64,000 nt of DNA from the human T2T-CHM13v2.0 reference genome, Homo sapiens: NCBI RefSeq assembly GCF_009914755.1, contig NC_060929.1; one strand, written 5' to 3'. A program made the translations under genes and the position numbers. The notes beneath the pieces were generated by a model that saw nothing but the letters and a program-made list of their open reading frames with translations, had not been told where the DNA came from and made no database searches. Below are positions 1-11,221 of the stretch, one piece after another (the first letter of the stretch is position 1; every line of letters begins with the position of its first letter).

Positions 1-217
1 CTCATTTGGTGGAATTTGCAAGTGGAGATTTCAGCCGCTTTGAGGTCAATGGTAGAAAAGGAAATATCTTCGTATAACAACTAGACAGAATGATTCTCAG
101 AAACTTCTTTGTGATGTGTGTGTTCAACTCACAGAGTTTAACCTTTCTTTTCATAGAGCAGTTAGGAAACACTGTGTTTTTAAACTCTGCAAGTGGATAT
201 TCAGACCTCTTTGAGGC

Positions 218-234
218 CTTCGTTGGAAACGGGT
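218..234 (+). promoter_or_regulatory. CENP-B box (first of a series recurring every ~340 bp: 557, 897, 1236, 1576 ... to the end of the window)
   Basis: CTTCGTTGGAAACGGG(A/T) matches the NTTCGNNNNANNCGGGN core and occurs in alternate monomers only. The other monomer has GGYAGAAAAGGAAA (A-box/pJ-alpha-like) at the equivalent position. Confidence 0.97.
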
Positions 235-629
235 TTCTTCATACTGTGCTAGACAGAAGAATTCTCAGTAACTTCCTTGTGTTGTGTGTATTCAACTCAC
301 AGAGTTGAACGATCCTTTACACAGAGCAGACTTGAAACACTCTTTTTGTGGAATTTGCAAGTGGAGATTTCAGCCGCGTTGAGGTCAATGGTAGAAAAGG
401 AAATATCTTCGTATAAAAACTAGACAGAATGATTCTCAGAAACTCCTTTGTGATGTGTGCGTTCAACTCACAGAGTTTAACCTTTCTTTTCATAGAGCAG
501 TTAGGAAACACTCTGCTTGTAAAGTCTGCAAGTGGATATTCAGACCTCTTTGAGGCCTTCGTTGGAAACGGGTTTTTTTCATATAAGGCTAGACAGAAGA
601 ATTCCCAGTAACTTCCTTGTGTTGTGTGT

Positions 630-650
630 GTTCAACTCACAGAGTTGAAC
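630..650. repeat. Short inverted repeat GTTCAACTC-ACA-GAGTTGAAC (recurs with 8-9-bp arms in most CENP-B-less monomers)
   Basis: Perfect 9-bp arms and a 3-nt loop at 630-650; 8-bp version at 291-309. Confidence 0.85.
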
Positions 651-1027
651 TTTGATTTACACAGAGCAGATTTGAAACACTCTTTTTGTGGAATTTGCAA
701 GTGGAGATTTCAAGCGCTTTGAGGCCAAAGGCAGAAAAGGAAATATCTTCGTATAAAAACTAGACAGAATCATTCTCAGAAACTGCTCTGCGATGTGTGC
801 GTTCAACTCTCAGAGTTTAACTTTTCTTTTCATTCAGCAGTTTGGAAACACTCTGTTTGTATAGTCTGCACGTGGATATTTTGACCACTTAGAGGCCTTC
901 GTTGGAAACGGGTTTTTTTCCTGTAAGGCTAGACAGAAGAATTCCCAGTAACTTCCTTGTGTTGTGTACATTCAACTCACAGAGTTGAACGTTCCCTTAG
1001 ACAGAGCAGATTTGAAACACTCTTTTT

Positions 1028-4000
1028 GTGCAATTGGCAAGTGGAGATTTCAAGCGCTTTGAGGTCAATGGCAGAAAAGGAAATATCTTCGTTTCAAAAC
1101 TAGACAGAATCATTCCCACAAACTGCGTTGTGATGTGTTCGTTCAACTCACAGAGTTTAACCTTTCTTTTCATAGAGCAGTTAGGAAACAGTCTGTTTGA
1201 AAATTCTGTAAGTGGATATTCTGACATCTTGTGGCCTTCGTTGGAAACGGGATTTCTTCATATTCTGCTAGACAGAAGAATTCTCAGAATCTTCCTTGTG
1301 TTGTGTGTATTCAACTCACAGAGTTGAACGATGGTTTACACAGAGCAGATTTGAAACACTCATTTGGTGGAATTTGCAAGTGGAGATTTCAGCCGCTTTG
1401 AGGTCAATGGTAGAAAAGGAAATATCTTCGTATAACAACTAGACAGAATGATTCTCAGAAACTTCTTTGTGATGTGTGTGTTCAACTCACAGAGTTTAAC
1501 CTTTCTTTTCATAGAGCAGTTAGGAAACACTGTGTTTTTAAACTCTGCAAGTGGATATTCAGACCTCTTTGAGGCCTTCGTTGGAAACGGGTTTCTTCAT
1601 ACTGTGCTAGACAGAAGAATTCTCAGTAACTTCCTTGTGTTGTGTGTATTCAACTCACAGAGTTGAACGATCCTTTACACAGAGCAGACTTGAAACACTC
1701 TTTTTGTGGAATTTGCAAGTGGAGATTTCAGCCGCGTTGAGGTCAATGGTAGAAAAGGAAATATCTTCGTATAAAAACTAGACAGAATGATTCTCAGAAA
1801 CTCCTTTGTGATGTGTGTGTTCAACTCACAGAGTTTAACATTTCTTTTCATAGAGCAGTTAGGAAACACTCTGTTTGTAAAGTCTGCAAGTGGATATTCA
1901 GACCTCTTTGAGGCCTTCGTTGGAAACGGGTTTTTTTCATATAAGGCTAGACAGAAGAATTCCCAGTAACTTCCTTGTGTTGTGTGTGTTCAACTCACAG
2001 AGTTGAACTTTCATTTACACAGAGCAGATTTGAAACACTCTTTTTGTGGAATTTGCAAATGGAGATTTCAAGCGCTTTGAGGCCAAAGGCAGAAAAGGAA
2101 ATATCTTCGTATAAAAACTAGACAGAATCATTCTCAGAAACTGCTCTGCGATGTGTGCGTTCAACTCTCAGAGTTTAACTTTTCTTTTCATTCAGCAGTT
2201 TGGAAACACTCTGTTTGTAAAGTCTGCACGTGGATAATTTGACCACTTAGAGGCCTTCGTTGGAAACGGGTTTTTTTCATGTAAGGCTTGACAGAAGAAT
2301 TCTCAGTAACTTCCTTGTGTTGTGTGTATTCAACTCACAGAGTTGAACGATCCTTTACACAGAGCAGACTTGTAACACTCTTTTTGTGGAATTTGCAAGT
2401 GGAGATTTCAGCCGCTTTGAAGTCAAAGGTAGAAAAGGAAATATCTTCCTATAAAAACTAGACAGAATGATTCTCAGAAACTCCTTTGTGATGTGTACGT
2501 TCAACTCACAGAGTTTAACCTTTCTTTTCATAGAGCAGTTAGGAAACACTCTGTTTGTAAAGTCTGCAAGTGGATATTCAGACCTCTTTGAGGCCTTCGT
2601 TGGAAACGGGTTTTTTTCATATAAGGCTAGACAGAAGGATTCCCAGTAACTTCCTTGTGTTGTGTGTGTTCAACTCACAGAGTTGAACTTTCATTTACAA
2701 AGAGCAGATTTGAAACACTCTTTTTGTGGAATTTGCAAGTGGAGATTTCAAGCGCTTTGAGGCCAAAGGCAGAAAAGGAAATATCTTCGTATAAAAACTA
2801 GACAGAATCATTCTCAGAAACTGCTCTGCGATGTGTGCGTTCAACTCTCAGAGTTTAACTTTTCTATTCATTCAGCAGTTTGGAAACACTCTGTTTGTAA
2901 CGTCTGCACGTGGATAATTTGACCACTTAGAGGCCTTCGTTGGAAACGGGTTTTTTTCATGTAAGGCTAGACAGAAGAATTCTCAGTAACTTCCTTGTGT
3001 TGTGTGTATTCAACTCACAGAGTTGAACGATCCTTTACACAGAGCAGACTTGTAACACTCTTTTTGTGGAATTTGCAAGTGGAGATTTCAGCCGCTTTGA
3101 AGTCAAAGGTAGAAAAGGAAATATCTTCCTATAAAAACTAGACAGAATGATTCTCAGAAACTCCTTTGTGATGTGTGCGTTCAACTCACAGAGTTTAACC
3201 TTTCTTTTCATAGAGCAGTTAGGAAACACTCTGCTTGTAAAGTCTGCAAGTGGATATTCAGCCCTCTTTGAGGCCTTCGTTGGAAACGGGTTTTTTTCAT
3301 ATAAGGCTAGACAGAAGAATTCCCAGTAACTTCCTTGTGTTGTGTGTGTTCAACTCACAGAGTTGAACTTTCATTTACACAGAGCAGATTTGAAACACTC
3401 TTTTTGTGGAATTTGCAAGTGGAGATTTCAAGCGCTTTGAGGCCAAAGGCAGAAAAGGAAATATCTTCGTATAAAAACTAGACAGAATCATTCTCAGAAA
3501 CTGCTCTGCGATGTGTGCGTTCAACTCTCAGAGTTTAACTTTTCTTTTCATTCAGCAGTTTGGAAACACTCTGTTTGTGAAGTCTGCACGTGGATATTTT
3601 GTCCACTTAGAGGCCTTCGTTGGAAACGGGTTTTTTTCCTGTAAGGCTAGACAGAAGAATTCCCAGTAACTTCCTTGTGTTGTGTACATTCAACTCACAG
3701 AGTTGAACGTTCCCTTAGACAGAGCAGATTTGAAACACTCTTTTTGTGCAATTGGCAAGTGGAGATTTCAAGCGCTTTAAGGTCAATGGCAGAAAAGGAA
3801 ATATCTTCGTTTCAAAACTAGACAGAATCATTCCCACAAACTGCGTTGTGATGTGTTCGTTCATCTCACAGAGTTTAACCTTTCTTTTCATAGAGCAGTT
3901 AGGAAACACTCTGTTTGTAAATTCTGTAAGTGGATATTCTGACATCTTGTGGCCTTCGTTGGAAACGGGATTTCTTCATATTCTGCTAGACAGAAGAATT

Positions 4001-7000
4001 CTCAGAATCTTCCTTGTGTTGTGTGTATTCAACTCACAGAGTTGAACGATGGTTTACACAGAGCAGATTTGAAACACTCTTTTTGTGGAATTTGCAAGTG
4101 GAGATTTCAGCCGCTTTGAGGTCAATGGTAGAAAAGGAAATATCTTCGTATAAAAACTAGACAGAATGATTCTCAGAAACTTCTTTGTGATGTGTGCGTT
4201 CAACTCACAGAGTTTAACTTTTCTTTTCATAGAGCAGTTAGGAAACACTCTGTTTGTAAACTCTGCAAGTGGATATTCAGACCTCTTTGAGGCCTTCGCT
4301 GGAAACGGGATTTCTTCATACTGTGCTAGACAGAAGAATTCTCAGTAACTTCCTTGTGTTGTGTGTATTCAACTCACAGAGTTGAACGATCCTTTACACA
4401 GAGCAGACTTGAAACACTCTTTTTGTGGAATTTGCAAGTGGAGATTTCAGCCGCGTTGAGGTCAATGGTAGAAAAGGAAATATTTTCGTATAAAAACTAG
4501 ACAGAATGATTCTCAGAAACTCCTTTGAGATGTGTGTGTTCAACTCACAGAGTTTAACCTTTCTTTTCATAGAGCAGTTAGGAATCACTCTGTTTGTAAA
4601 GTCTGCAAGTGGATATTCAGACCTCTTTGAGGCCTTCGTTGGAAACGGGTTTTTTTCATATAAGGCTAGACAGAAGAATTCCCAGTAACTTCCTTGTGAT
4701 GTGTGTGTTCAACTCACAGAGTTGAACTTTCATTTACACAGAGCAGATTTGAAACACTCTTTTTGTGGAATTTGCAAATGGAGATTTCAAGCGCTTTGAG
4801 GCCAAAGGCAGAAAAGGAAATATCTTCGTATAAAAACTAGACAGAATCATTCTCAGAAACTGCTCTGCGATGTGTGCGTTCAACTCTCAGAGTTTAACTT
4901 TGCTTTTCATTCAGCAGTTTGGAAACACTCTGTTTGTAAAGTCTGCACGTGGATAATTTGACCACTTAGAGGCCTTCGTTGGAAACGGGTTTTTTTCATG
5001 TAAGGCTAGACAGAAGAATTCTCAGTAACTTCCTTGTGTTGTGTGTATTCAACTCACACAGTTGAACGATCCTTTACACAGAGCAGACTTGTAACACTCT
5101 TTTTGTGGAATTTGCAAGTGGAGATTTCAGCCGCTTTGAAGTCAAATGTAGAAAAGGAAATATCTTCCTATAAAAACTAGACAGAATGATTCTCAGAAAC
5201 TCCTTTGTGATGTGTGCGTTCAACTCACAGAGTTTAACCTTTCTTTTCATAGAGCAGTTAGGAAACACTCTGTTTGTAAAGTCTGCAAGTGGATATTCAG
5301 ACCTCTTTGTGGCCTTCGTTGGAAACGGGTTTTTTTCATATAAGGCTAGACAGAAGAATTCCCAGTAACTTCCTTGTGTTGTGTGTGTTCAACTCACAGA
5401 GTTGAACTTTCATTTACACAGAGCAGATTTGAAACACTCTTTTTGTGGAATTTGCAGGTGGAGATTTCAAGCGCTTTGAGGCCAAAGGCAGAAAAGGAAA
5501 TATCTTCGTATAAAAACTAGACAGAATCATTCTCAGAAACTGCTCTGCGATGTGTGCGTTCAACTCTCAGAGTTTAACTTTTCTTTTCATTCAGCAGTTT
5601 GGAAACACTCTGTTTGTAAAGTCTGCACGTGGATAATTTGACCACTTAGAGGCCTTCGTTGGAAACGGGTTTTTTTCATGTAAGGCTAGACAGAAGAATT
5701 CTCAGTAACTTCCTTGTGTTGTGTGTATTCAACTCACAGAGTTGAACGATCCTTTACACAGAGCAGACTTGTAACACTCTTTTTGTGGAATTTGCAAGTG
5801 GAGATTTCAGCCGCTTTGAATTCAAAGGTAGAAAAGGAAATATCTTCCTATAAAAACTAGACAGAATGATTCTCAGAAACTCCTTTGTGATGTGTGCGTT
5901 CAACTCACAGAGTTTAACCTTTCTTTTCATAGAGCAGTTAGGAAACACTCTGCTTGTAAAGTCTGCAAGTGGATATTCAGCCCTCTTTGAGGCCTTCGTT
6001 GGAAACGGGTTTTTTTCATATAAGGCTAGACAGAAGAATTCCCAGTAACTTCCTTGTGTTGTGTGTGTTCAACTCACAGAGTTGAACTTTCATTTACACA
6101 GAGCAGATTTGAAACACTCTTTTTGTGGAATTTGCAAGTGGAGATTTCAAGCGCTTTGAGGCCAAAGGCAGAAAAGGAAATATCTTCGTATAAAAACTAG
6201 ACAGAATCATTCTCAGAAACTGCTCTGCGATGTGTGCGTTCAACTCTCAGAGTTTAACTTTTCTTTTCATTCAGCAGTTTGGAAACACTCTGTTTGTAAA
6301 GTCTGCACGTGGATATTTTGACCACTTAGAGGCCTTCGTTGGAAACGGGTTTTTTTCCTGTAAGGCTAGACAGAAGAATTCCCAGTAACTTCCTTGTGTT
6401 GTGTACATTCAACTCACAGAGTTGAACGTTCCCTTAGACAGAGCAGATTTGAAACACTCTTTTTGTGCAATTGGCAAGTGGAGATTTCAAGCGCTTTAAG
6501 GTCAATGGCAGAAAAGGAAATATCTTCGTTTCAAAACTAGACAGAATCATTCCCACAAACTGCGTTGTGATGTGTTCGTTCATCTCACAGAGTTTAACCT
6601 TTCTTTTCATAGAGCAGTTAGGAAACACTCTGTTTGTAAATTCTGTAAGTGGATATTCTGACATCTTGTGGCCTTCGTTGGAAACGGGATTTCTTCATAT
6701 TCTGCTAGACAGAAGAATTCTCAGAATCTTCCTTGTGTTGTGTGTATTCAACTCACACAGTTGAACGATGGTTTACACAGAGCAGATTTGAAACACTCTT
6801 TTTGTGGAATTTGCAAGTGGAGATTTCAGCCGCTTTGAGGTCAATAGTAGAAAAGGAAATATCTTCGTATAAAAACTAGACAGAATGATTCTCAGAAACT
6901 TCTTTGTGATGTGTGCGTTCAACTCACAGAGTTTAACCTTTCTTTTCATAGAGCAGTTAGGAAACACTCTGTTTTTAAACTCTGCATGTGGATATTCAGA

Positions 7001-9182
7001 CCTCTTTGAGGCCTTCGTTGGAAACGGGATTTCTTCATACTGTGCTAGACAGAAGAATTCTCAGTAACTTCCTTGTGTTGTGTGTATTCAACTCACAGAG
7101 TTGAAGGATCCTTTACACAGAGCAGACTTGAAACACTCTTTTTGTGGAATTTGCAAGTGGAGATTTCAGCCGCGTTGAGGTCAATGGTAGAAAAGGAAAT
7201 ATCTTCGTATAAAAACTAGACAGAATGATTCTCAGAAACTCCTTTGAGATGTGTGTGTTCAACTCACAGAGTTTAACCTTTCTTTTCATAGAGCAGTTAG
7301 GAATCACTCTGTTTGTAAAGTCTGCAAGTGGATATTCAGACCTCTTTGAGGCCTTCGTTGGAAACGGGTTTTTTTCATATAAGGCTAGACAGAAGAATTC
7401 CCAGTAACTTCCTTGTGTTGTGTGTGTTCAACTTACAGAGTTGAACTTTCATTTACACAGAGCAGATTTGAAACACTCTTTTTGTGGAATTTGCAAGTGG
7501 AGATTTCAAGCGCTTTGAGGCCAAAGGCAGAAAAGGAAATATCTTCGTATAAAAACTAGACAGAATCATTCTCAGAAACTGCTCTGTGATGTGTGCGTTG
7601 AACTCTCAGAGTTTAACTTTTCTTTTCATTCAGCAGTTTGGAAACACTCTGTTTGTAAAGTCTGCACGTGGATAATTTGACCACTTAGAGGCCTTCGTTG
7701 GAAACGGGTTTTTTTCATGTAAGGCTAGACAGAAGAGTTCTCAGTAACTTCCTTGTGTTGTGTGTATTCCACTCACACAGTTGAACGATCCTTTACACAG
7801 AGCAGACTTGTAACACTCTTTTTGTGGAATTTGCAAGTGGAGATTTCAGCCGCTTTGAAGTCAAAGTAGAAAAGGAAATATCTTCCTATAAAAACTAGAC
7901 AGAATGATTCTCAGAAACTCCTTTGTGATGTGTGCGTTCAACTCACAGAGTTTAACCTTTCTTTTCATAGAGCAGTTAGGAAACACTCTGTTTGTAAAGT
8001 CTGCAAGTGGATATTCAGACCTCTTTGAGGCCTTCGTTGGAAACGGGTTTTTTTCATATAAGGCTAGACAGAAGAATTCCCAGTAACTTCCTTGTGTTGT
8101 GTGTGTTCAACTCACAGAGTTGAACTTTCATTTACACAGAGCAGATTTGAAACACTCTTTTTGTGGAATTTGCAGGTGGAGATTTCAAGCGCTTTGAGGC
8201 CAAAGGCAGAAAAGGAAATATCTTCGTATAAAAACTAGACAGAATCATTCTCAGAAACTGCTCTGCGATGTGTGCGTTCAACTCTCAGAGTTTAACTTTT
8301 CTTTTCATTCAGCAGTTTGGAAACACTCTGTTTGTAAAGTCTGCACGTGGATAATTTGACCACTTAGAGGCCTTCCTTGGAAACGGGTTTTTTTCATGTA
8401 AGGCTAGACAGAAGAATTCTCAGTAACTTCCTTGTGTTGTGTGTATTCAACTCACAGAGTTGAACGATCCTTTACACAGAGCAGACTTGTAACACTCTTT
8501 TTGTGGAATTTGCAAGTGGAGATTTCAGCCGCTTTGAAGTCAAAGGTAGAAAAGGAAATATCTTCCTATAAAAACTAGACAGAATGATTCTCAGAAACTC
8601 CTTTGTGATGTGTGCGTTCAACTCACAGAGTTTAACCTTTCTTTTCATAGAGCAGTTAGGAAACACTCTGCTTGTAAAGTCTGCAAGTGGATATTCAGCC
8701 CTCTTTGAGGCCTTCGTTGGAAACGGGTTTTTTTCATATAAGGCTAGACAGAAGAATTCCCAGTAACTTCCTTGTGTTGTGTGTGTTCAACTCACAGAGT
8801 TGAACTTTGATTTACACAGAGCAGATTTGAAACACTCTTTTTGTGGAATTTGCAAGTGGAGATTTCAAGCGCTTTGAGGCCAAAGGCAGAAAAGGAAATA
8901 TCTTCGTATAAAAACTAGACAGAATCATTCTCAGAAACTGCTCTGCGATGTGTGCGTTCAACTCTCAGAGTTTAACTTTTCTTTTCATTCAGCAGTTTGG
9001 AAACACTCTGTTTGTGAAGTCTGCACGTGGATATTTTGACCACTTAGAGGCCTTCGTTGGAAAAGGGTTTTTTTCCTGTAAGGCTAGACAGAAGAATTCC
9101 CAGTAACTTCCTTGTGTTGTGTACATTCAACTCACAGAGTTGAACGTTCCCTTAGACAGAGCAGATTTGAAACACTCTTTTT
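1028..9182 (+). repeat. Three 16-mer HORs (2718, 2719, 2718 bp)
   Basis: The once-per-HOR marker dimer (GTTCCCTTAG...CATTCCCACAAACTGCG; 99-aa pseudo-ORF) lies at 1028, 3746, 6465 and 9183. Confidence 0.93.
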
Positions 9183-11221
9183 GTGCAATTGGCAAGTGGA
9201 GATTTCAAGCGCTTTAAGGTCAATGGCAGAAAAGGAAATATCTTCGTTTCAAAACTAGACAGAATCATTCCCACAAACTGCGTTGTGATGTGTTCGTTCA
9301 TCTCACAGAGTTTAACCTTTCTTTTCATAGAGCAGTTAGGAAACACTCTGTTTGTAAATTCTGTAAGTGGATATTCTGACATCTTGTGGCCTTCGTTGGA
9401 AACGGGATTTCTTCATATTCTGCTAGACAGAAGAATTCTCAGAATCTTCCTTGTGTTGTGTGTATTCAACTCACACAGTTGAACGATGGTTTACACAGAG
9501 CAGATTTGAAACACTCTTTTTGTGGAATTTGCAAGTGGAGATTTCAGCCGCTTTGAGGTCAATGGTAGAAAAGGAAATATCTTCGTATAAAAACTAGACA
9601 GAATGATTCTCAGAAACTCCTTTGTGATGTGTGCGTTCAACTCACAGAGTTTAACCTTTCTTTTCATAGAGCAGTTAGGAAACACTCTGTTTGTAAACTC
9701 TGTAAGTGGATATTCAGACCTCTTTGAGGCCTTCGTTGGAAACGGGATTTCTTCATACTGTGCTAGACAGAAGAATTCTCAGTAACTTCCTTGTGTTGTG
9801 TGTATTCAACTCACAGAGTTGAACGATCCTTTACACAGAGCAGACTTGAAACACTCTTTTTGTGGAATTTGCAAGTGGAGATTTCAGCCGCTTTGAGGTC
9901 AATGGTAGAAAAGGAAATATCTTCGTATAAAAACTAGACAGAATGATTCTCAGAAACTCCTTTGAGATGTGTGTGTTCAACTCACAGAGTTTAACCTTTC
10001 TTTTCATAGAGCAGTTAGGAATCACTCTGTTTGTAAAGTCTGCAAGTGGATATTCAGACCTCTTTGAGGCCTTCGTTGGAAACGGGTTTTTTTCATATAA
10101 GGCTAGACAGAAGAATTCCCAGTAACTTCCTTGTGTTGTGTGTGTTCAACTCACAGAGTTGAACTTTCATTTACACAGAGCAGATTTGAAACACTCTTTT
10201 TGTGGAATTTGCAAATGGAGATTTCAAGCGCTTTGAGGCCAAAGGCAGAAAAGGAAATATCTTCGTATAAAAACTAGACAGAATCATTCTCAGAAACTGC
10301 TCTGCGATGTGTGCGTTCAACTCTCAGAGTTTAACTTTGCTTTTCATTCAGCAGTTTGGAAACACTCTGTTTGTAAAGTCTGCACGTGGATAATTTGACC
10401 ACTTAGAGGCCTTCGTTGGAAACGGGTTTTTTTCATGTAAGGCTAGACAGAAGAATTCTCAGTAACTTCCTTGTGTTGTGTGTATTCAACTCACAGAGTT
10501 GAACGATCCTTTACACAGAGCAGACTTGTAACACTCTTTTTGTGGAATTTGCAAGTGGAGATTTCAGCCGCTTTGAAGTCAAATGTAGAAAAGGAAATAT
10601 CTTCCTATAAAAACTAGACAGAATGATTCTCAGAAACTCCTTTGTGATGTGTGCGTTCAACTCACAGAGTTTAACCTTTCTTTTCATAGAGCAGTTAGGA
10701 AACACTCTGTTTGTAAAGTCTGCAAGTGGATATTCAGCCCTCTTTGAGGCCTTCGTTGGAAACGGGTTTTTTTCATATAAGGCTATACAGAAGAATTCCC
10801 AGTAACTTCCTTGTGATGTGTGTGTTCAACTCACAGAGTTGAACTTTCATTTACACAGAGCAGATTTGAAACACTCTTTTTGTGGAATTTGCAAGTGGAG
10901 ATTTCAAGCGCTTTGAGGCCAAAGGCAGAAAAGGAAATATCTTCGTATAAAAACTAGACAGAATCATTCTCAGAAACTGCTCTGCGATGTGTGCGTTCAA
11001 CTCTCAGAGTTTAACTTTTCTTTTCATTCAGCAGTTTGGAAACACTCTGTTTGTAAAGTCTGCACGTGGATATTTTGACCACTTAGAGGCCTTCGTTGGA
11101 AACGGGTTTTTTTCCTGTAAGGCTAGACAGAAGAATTCCCAGTAACTTCCTTGTGTTGTGTACATTCAACTCACAGAGTTGAACGTTCCCTTAGACAGAG
11201 CAGATTTGAAACACTCTTTTT
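9183..11221 (+). repeat. 12-mer HOR variant (2039 bp; two tetramers)
   Basis: Marker spacing 9183 to 11222. Confidence 0.9.

Larger units (their letters stand above)
1..1358 (+). repeat. 8-mer HOR variant (1358 bp; one tetramer)
   Basis: The sequence starting at position 1 (CTCATTTGGTGG...TATAACAACT) recurs at 1359; identical pseudo-ORFs at 90 and 1448. Confidence 0.9.

Noticed and set aside
412-420. TATAAAA (TATA-like), CACGTG (E-box-like) and T7 runs (terminator-like) in many monomers
   Set aside because: Short motifs intrinsic to the satellite consensus; no independent evidence of promoter or terminator function.
4294-4310. CENP-B box variants CTTCGCTGG (also ~24335) and CTTCGTTGC (~57632)
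   Set aside because: The changes fall on non-core N positions, so they are not counted as disrupted boxes.
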